64,000 nucleotides of DNA from an uncultured bacterium (lineage in GTDB: Bacteria > Desulfobacterota > Deferrimicrobia > Deferrimicrobiales > Deferrimicrobiaceae), in the NCBI GenBank assembly GCA_963829245.1, contig CAWHIM010000030.1:19167-83166 (forward strand). Direction: 5' to 3'. The notes beneath the pieces were generated by a model. The model searched no databases. It was not told where the DNA came from and saw only the letters and a program-made list of their open reading frames with translations. Below are positions 39,643 through 49,388 of the stretch, in pieces. Positions within the stretch are counted from its first letter, which is position 1, and every line of letters begins with the position of its first letter. The position numbers and the translations under genes were made by a program.

Positions 39643-40640
39643 CGGGCGGCGGGAAAAGGAGCGGCGCGGTTTTTCCCGTTCTCGCCGCCGCGCTCCTTGG
39701 CGCGTTGGCCCTCTCCGCGGCCACCGGGCCGGTGTCGATCTCCCCCCGCGCGGCCTTCGACGCGATCTTCCGGGGAACGGACGATACTCCGGCCCGGGTC
39801 CTGTTGTCGCTGCGGATCCCGCGAGCCCTCCTTGGCGCCCTCGTTGGCGGGGCCCTCGCCTCCTCCGGCGTCGCCTTCCAGGCGCTGCTGCGCAACCCGC
39901 TCGCCGACCCGTACATCCTCGGCGTATCGGGCGGTGCCGCGGTGGGCGCGCTGACGGTGGTCCTCTTCCTGTCGGCGGACGCTTCCCCGATCCTTCCGCT
40001 GTGCGCCTTCGGCGGAGCGGCGCTGTCCGCCCTCGCCGTCTTCCTCCTCGCCCGCCGCCGGAGCGGTGTTTCCCCGGAACGGTTGATCCTGATGGGCGTC
40101 GTCGTGGGAGCGTTCCTCAACGCGGTCATCATGCTGATGGTGACCCTCGCCCCTCCCGGGAAGATCCCCGGGGCCCTGTATTGGCTGATGGGGGACCTGG
40201 GCCTGGGAACCCCCCGCCGCGTGGCGGTCCTCTTCCCGTACGTCGCGCTCGGCACGGTCCTCCTGTTCCTGCTCTCCCGCGGCCTGGACCTTCTCCTCCT
40301 CGGAGATCACGCCGCGTTCCAGGCGGGGCTCTCCGTGGAGCGGGTGAAGACGGCGACGTACCTCACGGCGTCGCTGCTGGCCGGCTCGGTCGTAGCGGTC
40401 TCGGGTCTCATCGGATTCGTAGGGCTCATCGTTCCCCACGGCGCGCGCGTGCTGGTCGGTTCCGGGCACCGCCGCCTTCTGCCGGCCGCCTTCCTTCTGG
40501 GAGGCGCGTTCCTCGTCCTCTCCGACACGCTCGCCCGCGTCGCGTCCCCGGCGGGGGAACTCCCGGTGGGCGCGGTCACCGCCCTCGCCGGCGCGCCCTT
40601 CTTCCTCTACCTGCTGCGCCGCAACGGGGGACGGTCGTGA
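39639..40640 (+). CDS. btuC: FecCD-family ABC permease (BtuC-like)
   Basis: RIPRALLGALVGGALASSGVAFQALLRNPLADPYILGVSGGAA...GLIVPH. Confidence 0.8.
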   Translation: MTGGGKRSGAVFPVLAAALLGALALSAATGPVSISPRAAFDAIFRGTDDTPARVLLSLRIPRALLGALVGGALASSGVAFQALLRNPLADPYILGVSGGAAVGALTVVLFLSADASPILPLCAFGGAALSALAVFLLARRRSGVSPERLILMGVVVGAFLNAVIMLMVTLAPPGKIPGALYWLMGDLGLGTPRRVAVLFPYVALGTVLLFLLSRGLDLLLLGDHAAFQAGLSVERVKTATYLTASLLAGSVVAVSGLIGFVGLIVPHGARVLVGSGHRRLLPAAFLLGGAFLVLSDTLARVASPAGELPVGAVTALAGAPFFLYLLRRNGGRS

Positions 40641-41434
40641 GCCCGGTGCTGTCAGCCCGTGACGTGGGATTCGGCTACGGGGACCGTGACATCCTGCGCG
40701 GCGTGAGCGTCGACCTCTCGCCGGGAGAGGTGACGATCCTCCTCGGCCCCAACGGGGCCGGGAAGAGCACGCTGATCCGGATCCTGTCGGGGATCCTCGC
40801 ACCCCGCGAGGGGGAGGTGCTGCTGTGCGGCCGCCCCCCCGGGAAGTTCCGTCGCCGGGAGATGGCGCGCCTTCTCTCCGTCGTGGGGCAGGACCCTCCG
40901 GTCGACTTCCCGATGACCGTCGCCGCCTATGTCGGGCTCGGGCGGTTCCCCCACCAGGGGTTCTTCGCGGGAACGTCCCCGGAGGATCGGGAGCAGGTGG
41001 AGCGGGCGATGGAGAGGACGGAACTGACCAGGCTGCGGGATCGGACCCTTGCGGAGATCTCCGCGGGGGAGCGCCAGCGGGCCGCCGTGGCCCGGGCGAT
41101 CGCGCAGGGGGCGCGGGTGATGCTGCTGGACGAGCCGACGGCGTTCCTCGACATCCGCCATCGGGTCGCGTTTTACGAGATCGTCACGCAGCTGAAGGAG
41201 ACGTGCGGGATCGCCGCGCTGGTCGCCTCCCACGACCTGTCGCTGTGCGCGGAGTACGGGGAGCGGATCGTCCTTCTGTCCGGGGGGACGGTGGCGGCGC
41301 AGGGGCGGCCGGAGGAGGTGCTCACTCCCGCCAACGTGCAGGCCGCGTACGGGGTGGCGGTCGCCTGCGACCGGAACCCCTCCACCGGCTCGATCCGCGT
41401 CACCCCGCTGCGCGGGATGCCGCCGAAGCACTAG
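40637..41434 (+). CDS. btuD: ABC ATP-binding protein (BtuD/FepC-like)
   Basis: GTGA overlap with the btuC stop. Walker A GPNGAGKST, signature ISAGERQRAAVARAI, Walker B MLLDEPT. Confidence 0.8.
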   Translation: MSPVLSARDVGFGYGDRDILRGVSVDLSPGEVTILLGPNGAGKSTLIRILSGILAPREGEVLLCGRPPGKFRRREMARLLSVVGQDPPVDFPMTVAAYVGLGRFPHQGFFAGTSPEDREQVERAMERTELTRLRDRTLAEISAGERQRAAVARAIAQGARVMLLDEPTAFLDIRHRVAFYEIVTQLKETCGIAALVASHDLSLCAEYGERIVLLSGGTVAAQGRPEEVLTPANVQAAYGVAVACDRNPSTGSIRVTPLRGMPPKH

Positions 41435-41441
41435 CGGAACG

Positions 41442-41740
41442 TTTCATAATTTCGGTAACGCAAACGGAGGCGCTTTGATCTTCGCGGGATACCCCCTTCC
41501 TCGCTACGTTCCGGCAGCCGTCCCTGGCTGGCCGTGCACTGGCGGTCGGTTTAGCCTCTCGCCCTCCGATGGCTACGAGCGAAAACTCACGCCGTGCAGG
41601 TTCACGGCAGCGGCGTATGCCACGAACGGAGCCATGCGCCTCCGAGGGCGCAGGGACGAATGCCGGGCGTAGCGGAGTGGAAGCCTCCCGCGAGCCCGGA
41701 GTCCTGAACAGTATGCGTGCATGTTGCAACATGTTTGAGC
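41442..41740 (-). repeat. MITE/REP-like intergenic repeat, copy B (core inverted relative to copies A and C)
   Basis: Left end TTTCATAATTTCGGTAACGC. The core CGCCGTGCAGGTTCACGGCAGCGGCGTATGCCACGAACGGAGCC...CCTCCGAGGGCGC is the reverse complement of the core in copies A and C. Confidence 0.7.
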
Positions 41741-41744
41741 TGTA

Positions 41745-41905
41745 GCACTACGTACCACCCAGGGCGGAACCGGGGAAGACGGTGCGAATCCGTCGCTGCC
41801 CCGCATCTGTCACCGGAACGAAACCCGCACGGAGCCACTGTTCCGCATCGCGGAACGGGAAGGCGCGGGAAGTAGGCCGCCGGAAGCCAGAAGAACCGGA
41901 CCGTC
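41745..41905 (+). promoter_or_regulatory. Cobalamin riboswitch (upstream of the TonB-dependent receptor)
   Basis: GGGGAAGACGGTGCGAATCCGTCGCTGCCCCGCATCTGTCACCGG, GAGCCACTG...GGGAAGGC, GAAGCCAGAAGAACC. Confidence 0.8.
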
Positions 41906-41944
41906 CTGAATCAAACCGCACCCTTTCGAGGGAAAGGAGGAGAA

Positions 41945-43921
41945 ATGAAGGGATTCGACAGGTGTCGATTCGGGGGAGGGAGGAGCGCGACGCGGGCACT
42001 CCTTGTCATGCGGTGCATGATGGCGCTGCTCGCCGTGTCATGGATGCCGGGATCCGTGTCCGCGATGGCGCAGGAGCCGGTGCGGACCGAACCCGTCGTC
42101 GTCACGGCGACGCGGATCGAGGAGAAGGTCTCGGAGCAGGCGTCGTCGGTCAGCGTGGTGACGAGGGATGATATGGATCGAATAAGCCCTACCCTGGCGG
42201 GCGACGCCCTGCAGGGGATTCCCGGGGTCGATGTCCAGCGGACCGGAAGCGTCGGCGGCTTGGAGAACATCAAGATCCGGGGGGGGAAAAGCACCCATAC
42301 CCTGGTGATGATCGACGGTTTTCCCGTGAACAGCCCTTCTTCGGGGGAGTTCGATATCAGCGGCCTCCCTATGGACGGGTTCGAGCGTGTGGAGATCGTC
42401 CGCGGAGCGCAGAGCGCCCTGTACGGATCGAACGCGATGGGCGGGGTGGTGAACTTCCTCCCCCGGAAAGGGGAGATGGGTCGGCAGTACGGGTTGGGGC
42501 TCTCGGGCGGGAGCTTCAGCACTCTCCAATGGAGCGGGTTCGGCCAAGGGGCCGGGAAGGGGAAGAACCTCCACCTGGGGGTTTCGGGACTCAAGAGCGA
42601 CGGGATCCTCCCCAACGACGACACCGACCTCTTTTCCTTCGTCGGGTCGGGGGAGGCTTCGGTGGGGGAGCGGAACCGGGTCCACCTGGTCGCGCTCTCC
42701 ACGGACGAAGAGAGGGGGATCCCCATCGATGATCGAGGGTCGGACCCGGTGGCGCGCCGGAAACGGCGGGACGTTCTTGGCGGCCTTCGGTGGGAGACGA
42801 CCGTTTCGAAGTCCGTCCGGCTTTCCGTCTCCGCTGCCGAGTTCGACGAGTTTCTCCACGTCTCGGAGCCGCCCGACCCGTCCCTCTTCGGTTCTTCGGA
42901 TTTCCTGGTGAAGACGCGCAAGACCCTCTTCCGCGTCGAGGGGAGCCTCTCGACGAGTCCCGTGTCCACGACAATCCTTGGGTTCGAGTATGTCAAGGAC
43001 CGGGCGCAGAACGATGCCGTTTTCCGGTTTCCCCCGTTCCCCGATTTCGTGACCGACGTTTCGGCGTCCACGTACAACCGGTCGTTTTTCCTGCAGGAGG
43101 AACTTCGGTTCCGGAAGCGGACCGGCGTCAGCCTGGGGGCGCGCATGGACGACAACTCCGAGGCGGGGACGAAGGTAAATCCCAAGGTTGCGGTCTTCCA
43201 TCAGTTCGACCGGATCGATGTCACGCTGCGGTCCGCCTACGGCAGGGGATTCCGGGTCCCCACGATCGTGGAGAAATTCGACCCCACGAGCGGGAACCCC
43301 GGCCTGTCCCCCGAGACGGCGATCTCCTACGAGGCGGGGGCCGACTTCCGTCCGAAAGGGACGCGTGCGATTGTCTCGGCGACGTATTTCTATCAGGAGT
43401 TCCGGGGGTTGATCCAGCAGGGATCGCCGACCGCCGGACATCCATTCGGGCAGCTCCAGAACGTGGGCGGCGCCTTCTCGCGCGGCGTGGAAGCGCAGGC
43501 GACCTGGTGGTTTCACCCGGCGGTGGGGGCAGGGGTTTCCTACACGTATACGGATACCGGAACAAAAAATGCCTCTCCGGCGATTGCGGCCATAACGAAC
43601 AGGATCCTGGGAATCCCGCAACAACGCGGGACGGCATCCCTGCTATTCTCGCCTTCTCCACGTCTGCAGGCCCAGGTCGACTGGCGGCTCGAGAGCGACC
43701 AGTACGAGTTCGGGCCCACGGACTTTCTTCCCGGACGCCGGCCCGGGAACGCGGTCGTGAACGGTAACGCGCGGTACACGTGGGAGCCCGCCGGGTCGGA
43801 GGTCCGCGAGATCGCCCTGACGATGAAGGTACAGAACCTGCTGAACCGCGACTACGAGGAGCGGAAAGGGTTCCCATCACCGGGATTCAACTTCCTCCTC
43901 GGGGCGGAACTGAGTATCTGA
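41945..43921 (+). CDS. btuB: TonB-dependent outer-membrane receptor (BtuB-like)
   Basis: Signal peptide, TonB-box-like EPVVVTATRIEE, plug domain (RGGKSTHTLVMIDGFPVN), beta-barrel, C-terminal aromatic end. Controlled by the B12 riboswitch. Confidence 0.8.
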   Translation: MKGFDRCRFGGGRSATRALLVMRCMMALLAVSWMPGSVSAMAQEPVRTEPVVVTATRIEEKVSEQASSVSVVTRDDMDRISPTLAGDALQGIPGVDVQRTGSVGGLENIKIRGGKSTHTLVMIDGFPVNSPSSGEFDISGLPMDGFERVEIVRGAQSALYGSNAMGGVVNFLPRKGEMGRQYGLGLSGGSFSTLQWSGFGQGAGKGKNLHLGVSGLKSDGILPNDDTDLFSFVGSGEASVGERNRVHLVALSTDEERGIPIDDRGSDPVARRKRRDVLGGLRWETTVSKSVRLSVSAAEFDEFLHVSEPPDPSLFGSSDFLVKTRKTLFRVEGSLSTSPVSTTILGFEYVKDRAQNDAVFRFPPFPDFVTDVSASTYNRSFFLQEELRFRKRTGVSLGARMDDNSEAGTKVNPKVAVFHQFDRIDVTLRSAYGRGFRVPTIVEKFDPTSGNPGLSPETAISYEAGADFRPKGTRAIVSATYFYQEFRGLIQQGSPTAGHPFGQLQNVGGAFSRGVEAQATWWFHPAVGAGVSYTYTDTGTKNASPAIAAITNRILGIPQQRGTASLLFSPSPRLQAQVDWRLESDQYEFGPTDFLPGRRPGNAVVNGNARYTWEPAGSEVREIALTMKVQNLLNRDYEERKGFPSPGFNFLLGAELSI

Positions 43922-44039
43922 GACAGGACGGGCGGTGGGCGCCCGCAGGTGCCTCCCGCCCGTCGCCCCCCGCCTTTACACCCCCGGGGAAACGGGATAC
44001 CGTATGTGGACGAGGGTCGTTCCCCGGGGGCTGGAACCG

Positions 44040-44396
44040 ATGGACCATGTCGTCATCGAAAAATGTCGGGCCGAACTCCAGGTCCAGTTGGATGAACTGT
44101 TGGCGGGAGCGGAGCGTACCGTCGTCGACATGACCAGCGTCGAGGAGGAGAACTTCCCCGACCCGACCGACCGCGCCTCGCTCGAGTCGAACCGGAACTT
44201 CACCCTCCGTCTTCGGGACCGGGACCGCAAGCTCGTGGCCAAGATCAAGGAGGCGATGAAACGGATCGAGGGCGGAACGTTCGGGATCTGCGACGGGTGC
44301 GGCGGGGAGATCGAGGAGAAGCGGTTGATCGCCAGGCCGGTCACCTCCCTGTGCATCGACTGCAAGACCGTCGCCGAGGAGGAAGAGGTCAAGTAG
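44040..44396 (+). CDS. dksA: DksA/TraR-family zinc-finger regulator
   Basis: DPTDRASLESNRNFTLRLRDRDRKLV...CDGCGGEIEEKRLIARPVTSLCIDC. Confidence 0.8.
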   Translation: MDHVVIEKCRAELQVQLDELLAGAERTVVDMTSVEEENFPDPTDRASLESNRNFTLRLRDRDRKLVAKIKEAMKRIEGGTFGICDGCGGEIEEKRLIARPVTSLCIDCKTVAEEEEVK

Positions 44397-44448
44397 GCGT
44401 CCCGCCGGAGGCCTCCACCGACTTCCGCCCGCCACCGGAGGCAGCAGC

Positions 44449-45444
44449 ATGACGGAACTTCGGAAAGACCCGGTCGTCGGCCGGTGGGTCATCATCTCCA
44501 CCGAGCGGGCCAAGCGACCCCAAGACTTCCCCCCGGAGACCGCCCCGCGGCGCGAGGGGGTGTGCCCCCTCTGTCCGGGAAGCGAGCGGATGACCCCGCC
44601 CGAAATCCTCGGGTACCGCCAGGGAGGGCAGCCCAACGACCCGAACTGGACCTTGCGCGTCGTCCCGAACAAATTTCCCGCCCTGCGGATCGAGGGGGAA
44701 CTGGGGAAGGCGGCCGACGGGATCTACGACCGGATGCGCGGCATCGGCGCCCACGAAGTCGTCATCGAGTCGGAACGGCACGACGTAGACCTGTTCGATC
44801 TTCCCGAGAATCGGTTCCAGGACGTCCTGTGGGCGTACCGCGATCGCCTCCTCGACCTGAAGAACGACCATCGTTTCAAGTCGGTCATCATCTTCAAGAA
44901 CCACGGGGCGGCCGCCGGGGCGTCCCTGACCCACAGCCACTCCCAGTTGATCGCCCTTCCCGTCATCCCGAAGCGGGTGATGGAGGAGATGAACGGCTGC
45001 CGGGAGTATTACCGCTTCCGCGACCGGTGCCTCTTCTGCGACATCGTCGTCCAGGAGATGGACCAGAAGGCCCGCATCGTCGAGGAGACCGGGGAATTCC
45101 TCGCCTTCGCGCCGTACGCCCCCCGTTTCCCATTCGAGACCTGGATCGTCCCGAAGCGCCACCAATGCGCCTACGAGATGATCGAGGGGGACCAGTCGAA
45201 AGCGCTTGCCGCCGTCTTCCGGCGGACCTTGCGTCGCCTGAACCTCGCCCTCGAAAACCCGCCCTTCAACTTCATCATCCACAGCGCCCCTTTCCAGGAG
45301 AGGGCGGCGGACTTTTTCCACTGGCACATCGAGATCATGCCGAAGCTCACGAAGGTAGCGGGGTTCGAGTGGGGGTCCGGGTTCTACATCAACCCGACCC
45401 CTCCCGAGGAGTCCGCCAAGTACCTCCGCGAACTTCCGGAGTGA
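44449..45444 (+). CDS. GalT-family (HIT superfamily) hexose-1-phosphate nucleotidyltransferase
   Basis: CPLCPG zinc motif, active-site HSHSQLIALP, second HIT-like HWHIEIMP. Confidence 0.75.
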   Translation: MTELRKDPVVGRWVIISTERAKRPQDFPPETAPRREGVCPLCPGSERMTPPEILGYRQGGQPNDPNWTLRVVPNKFPALRIEGELGKAADGIYDRMRGIGAHEVVIESERHDVDLFDLPENRFQDVLWAYRDRLLDLKNDHRFKSVIIFKNHGAAAGASLTHSHSQLIALPVIPKRVMEEMNGCREYYRFRDRCLFCDIVVQEMDQKARIVEETGEFLAFAPYAPRFPFETWIVPKRHQCAYEMIEGDQSKALAAVFRRTLRRLNLALENPPFNFIIHSAPFQERAADFFHWHIEIMPKLTKVAGFEWGSGFYINPTPPEESAKYLRELPE

Positions 45445-45449
45445 GGCCG

Positions 45450-46910
45450 ATGAAGGTCCTCGTGGCCTCCTCCGAGATCGTCCCCTTCGCGAAAACGGGG
45501 GGTCTGGCGGACGTCGCCGGGGCGCTCCCCAAGGCGCTTCGCAGGATCGGCGTCGAGGCCGACTGCGTCCTCCCCCTCTACCGCTGCGTGGATCGGGCCC
45601 GGTTCCCATTCAAGGGACCGGGGGAGGCGATCCTCGTCCCCCTCGGAAACAGGGAGGAGGAGGGGAGCGTCGAGGAGACCGACGCGGGGGGCGGCGTCCG
45701 CGCCTTCCTCGTCCGCAACGACCGGTACTTCGACCGGGAGTTCCTCTACGGGACCCGCGACGGCGACTACGTCGACAACTCCGAGAGGTTCACCTTCTTC
45801 TGCCGCGCCGTCATGGAGTGGATCGCGCGCTCCGGGCGGCGATACGACATCATCCACTGCAACGACTGGCAGACCGCCCTCCTCCCGGTGTACGTGAAGA
45901 CGCTCTATGCCGACCGCGAGCCGTTCCGCGGGACGGGAACCGTTTTCACCGTCCACAACCTGGGGTACCAGGGACTGTTCTGGAACCACGACCTCCCGAT
46001 AATGGGTTTCGGATGGGAGCTGTTCACCCCCCAGAGGCTGGAGTTCTACGGGAAGATCAACCTGATGAAGGCGGGCCTGCTGTACGCGGACGTCCTCTCG
46101 ACCGTGTCCGACACCTACAGCCGCGAAATCCAGACCCCGGAATACGGGTACGGTCTCGAGGGGGTTCTCTACGAGCGCCGGGAGGACCTCTACGGCATCG
46201 TGAACGGGATCGACGACGAGGTGTGGCACCCGGCCACCGACCGGCGGATCGCGGCGAACTACTCCGCGGAAGATCTGTCGGGGAAAGCGGCGTGCCGGCG
46301 GGACCTGATCTCGGTGTTCGGGCTACCGAAGGGCGACGAACCGATCATCGGCCTGATCGGGCGGCTCACGGCGCAAAAAGGGTTCGACCTCGTCGAGCGG
46401 ATCGGGGAATGGCTCGCGGGGCAGCCCCTTCGGATGGTGATCCTCGGCGCCGGGGAACGGAAGTACGAGGAGGCGATGGCGGAGCTCGGCAGGAAATACC
46501 CCGACCGGATCGCGATCCGTGTGGCGTACGACGACATGCTGGCGCACAAGATCGAGGCGGGGTCGGACATGTACCTGATGCCTTCCCGGTACGAACCGTG
46601 CGGACTGAACCAGATCTACAGCCTGAAATACGGCACCGTCCCCATCGTGCGGGAGACGGGCGGCCTGGCGGACACGGTGACGGACGCCGACGCGAACACC
46701 GCGGAGGGGACCGGGTTCACCTTCAGCGGGTACGAGACGGAGGATCTCAAGGATGCCGTCTCGAGGGCGTTGGCGGCATACGCGGACCGTCCCCGCTGGG
46801 ACGCGATCGTCCGGCGGGGGATGGCGCGGGACTTCTCCTGGGAGGCGTCGGCCAGGGCGTACGTCGACCTCTACGGGAAGGCGCTGCGCAAGCGGGCCCC
46901 GAAAGGGTAG
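45450..46910 (+). CDS. glgA: Glycogen synthase
   Basis: MKVLVASSEIVPFAKTGGLADVAGALPKAL...HCNDWQTAL...MPSRYEPCGLNQIY. Confidence 0.9.
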   Translation: MKVLVASSEIVPFAKTGGLADVAGALPKALRRIGVEADCVLPLYRCVDRARFPFKGPGEAILVPLGNREEEGSVEETDAGGGVRAFLVRNDRYFDREFLYGTRDGDYVDNSERFTFFCRAVMEWIARSGRRYDIIHCNDWQTALLPVYVKTLYADREPFRGTGTVFTVHNLGYQGLFWNHDLPIMGFGWELFTPQRLEFYGKINLMKAGLLYADVLSTVSDTYSREIQTPEYGYGLEGVLYERREDLYGIVNGIDDEVWHPATDRRIAANYSAEDLSGKAACRRDLISVFGLPKGDEPIIGLIGRLTAQKGFDLVERIGEWLAGQPLRMVILGAGERKYEEAMAELGRKYPDRIAIRVAYDDMLAHKIEAGSDMYLMPSRYEPCGLNQIYSLKYGTVPIVRETGGLADTVTDADANTAEGTGFTFSGYETEDLKDAVSRALAAYADRPRWDAIVRRGMARDFSWEASARAYVDLYGKALRKRAPKG

Positions 46911-46916
46911 CCTCCC

Positions 46917-49388
46917 ATGGAGGAGATCCCGCACACCCGCTTTTCTCTCCTGGCCCGGATCGTCGAGATCTCCAACTCGAACATCCAGGTCGAGAACCGC
47001 CTGAAGCACATCTGCGATTTTCTCCAACGGGAGACCCGCTCCGATTGCGTCTGCATCTACCAGCGCGAGGTGCGCGGGGAGGATCTCGCGCCGTGGGTCT
47101 CCTCGTGCGTCGAGATCGACGAGTGCACGATGATGGACTTCGTCGTCCGGGCGGGCGAAGGGGTTTCCGGGAAAGCCGCCCGGAAGCGCGCCCCGGTCTT
47201 CTTTCCCGATGTGAAGACGAATCCCCCGACGCTCGCCGTTCCCCGGGAATTGCGCGATTTCTCCTCCATCCTCTCCGTGCCGATCATGGACGACGTTTAC
47301 CTCTACGGAGTGATGAACTTCTCCAGCCTGGCTCCTTCGAGTCCCACGGAGGAGGAGCTGACGCTCCTCGGATTCGTGGCGACCGAGGTGGCGGGGACGA
47401 TCCGCAACAGCCGCCTTTACACCGACGCCCGCAAACGCGTCTCGGAACTCATCACGCTGAACGAAATCGGACGCGCGATCTCCTCGACCTTCGAAGTGAT
47501 GGGAACGCTGGGCCACGTCGCCAAGACCACGCTTCGGCTGCTGTCGGCGGACGGGTGCACGGTGCGCCTTACGGAGGAGGGGCGCGACGTTCTCAAGGTC
47601 GTGCTGGACGAGGGGTACAGCCGCCCCGGCTTCCGCCATGAGCTTCGGTCCGTGGGAAAGGCGCTGGCACTGCGGATCCACGGAGAGAAGCGCGCGCTCC
47701 TGATCAACGGCCCCGAGGATTCGCCGCTCCATTCATCGCTTGCCGGCCACGGGGTCGTCTCCTTCCTCGGCCTCCCCATCGTTTCCCAGGGGAAATCCCT
47801 CGGGACGATCAGCTATTACTCCTTCTCCCCCCGGCTGCGCTTCGACATGGAAGGGGTGCACCTGATTCAGACGGTCTGCTCCCAGCTGGCGAACATGATC
47901 GAGAACGCGTCGATCCTCCGGAAGGCGCAGCGGCTGGCGCAGGAGAACCAGGTCAAGGTGCAGCGGATCTCGACGCTCTACGATGTCGCTCGCGCTCTCA
48001 TGTCCACGGTCAAGATGGAACGGCTGCTTCCGACCATTCTGTACGCCCTCATCTCCCCGGGCGGGCTGAACTTCAGCCGGGCGATCCTGTTCCTTACCTC
48101 GGAGGACGGGGTCGGGCTTTACGCCCGTATGGCGATGGGTCCGCGCGACCGCGGCGAGGCGCAGCGGATCGCCCGGCTTCCGAGAGGGGAGCTGGGGGAC
48201 GGCGGGTCCGTGGCGGTGGAGGAGGAGATCCGGAACCTGCTCTGGTCCGACGTCCGGAACCTGATGATCCCGACGTCGGATGTCTCCTGCCTCGTGGCGA
48301 AGGCAGTGCGGGAGAAACGGGCCGTGCGGACGGAGTCCGGCTGCGGGAACCCGGAGAAAGCGGCGGATGCGGCCCTTCCGGGGGGGTTCTGCGGCGTCCA
48401 TCCGGCCTCCTTCGCCGCCGTTCCCCTGGTGACCAAGGGGGAGGCGCGCGGGGCGGTCTACGTGGACAACCTCTTCCTGGGGAGACCGATCACCGAAGAG
48501 GACATCCAGTTGCTCACGATGTTCGCCTCCAACGCGTCCCTCGCAATGGAAAACGCCTCCCTCTACGAATCGCTTCAGGGTGCGCTCGACATCGTCCGGA
48601 CCACGCAGAGCCGACTGGTGCAGAGCGAGAAGCTCATGGCGCTCGGGGAGATGGTGGCCAGGATCGCCCACGAGATCAAGAACCCCCTCACCGCGATCGG
48701 CGGGTTCGCCCGGAGGATCGCCTCCCCCCGGGCCGGGGGAGGGGCGCATTCGCTCGAGCGGTACGCGCAGATCATCCTGAAGGAGGTGCAGCGCCTGGAG
48801 CGGATCATCAACGAGACGCTCTATTTCTCCAGGGAGATGGTCTCCGCGTTCCGCGTGGTAAACCTGAACATAGAGATCCGCGACGTGCTGTCGATGTTCC
48901 GGGAGGAGTTCGAAGAGGCCCGCATCTCCGCGGTGGTCGACCTCTCCCAGGACCTTCCCTCCATCTCGGCGGATCCGGACCAGATTCGGCAGGTGGTATG
49001 GAACCTCGTTTCCAACGCCATCCAGGCGATGGGGGGGAGTGGCATCCTCACCGTCGCCACGCACCTCGCCGATCCCTCGGAGGGGACGGGAGTGGTTCTC
49101 GAAGTGAGCGACACCGGCGGCGGGATTCCGCGCGACGTGGTGCATAACATCTTCAACCCGTTCTTCACCACAAAGGCGAAGGGGACCGGTCTCGGGCTTC
49201 CCATCGTCCACTCCATCGTGGAAAAGCACGGTGGGACGATCCATCTGGACAACAGGGAGGGGGTCGGTGTAGCCTTCTCCGTCTTCCTCCCCCTCGTTCC
49301 GAAGGGGGCGGGGACCGGGGACCGGATCCTCGAGCAGATGCGCAAAGGCGGAGGGAATGGAAACGGTCCTGCGGCGAATCAGGGATAA
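46917..49388 (+). CDS. Cytoplasmic sensor histidine kinase with three GAF-like domains
   Basis: No TM segments. GAF-like repeats, H-box ARIAHEIKNPLTAI, N-box WNLVSNAIQA, DTGGGIP, GTGLGLP. Confidence 0.8.
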   Translation: MEEIPHTRFSLLARIVEISNSNIQVENRLKHICDFLQRETRSDCVCIYQREVRGEDLAPWVSSCVEIDECTMMDFVVRAGEGVSGKAARKRAPVFFPDVKTNPPTLAVPRELRDFSSILSVPIMDDVYLYGVMNFSSLAPSSPTEEELTLLGFVATEVAGTIRNSRLYTDARKRVSELITLNEIGRAISSTFEVMGTLGHVAKTTLRLLSADGCTVRLTEEGRDVLKVVLDEGYSRPGFRHELRSVGKALALRIHGEKRALLINGPEDSPLHSSLAGHGVVSFLGLPIVSQGKSLGTISYYSFSPRLRFDMEGVHLIQTVCSQLANMIENASILRKAQRLAQENQVKVQRISTLYDVARALMSTVKMERLLPTILYALISPGGLNFSRAILFLTSEDGVGLYARMAMGPRDRGEAQRIARLPRGELGDGGSVAVEEEIRNLLWSDVRNLMIPTSDVSCLVAKAVREKRAVRTESGCGNPEKAADAALPGGFCGVHPASFAAVPLVTKGEARGAVYVDNLFLGRPITEEDIQLLTMFASNASLAMENASLYESLQGALDIVRTTQSRLVQSEKLMALGEMVARIAHEIKNPLTAIGGFARRIASPRAGGGAHSLERYAQIILKEVQRLERIINETLYFSREMVSAFRVVNLNIEIRDVLSMFREEFEEARISAVVDLSQDLPSISADPDQIRQVVWNLVSNAIQAMGGSGILTVATHLADPSEGTGVVLEVSDTGGGIPRDVVHNIFNPFFTTKAKGTGLGLPIVHSIVEKHGGTIHLDNREGVGVAFSVFLPLVPKGAGTGDRILEQMRKGGGNGNGPAANQG

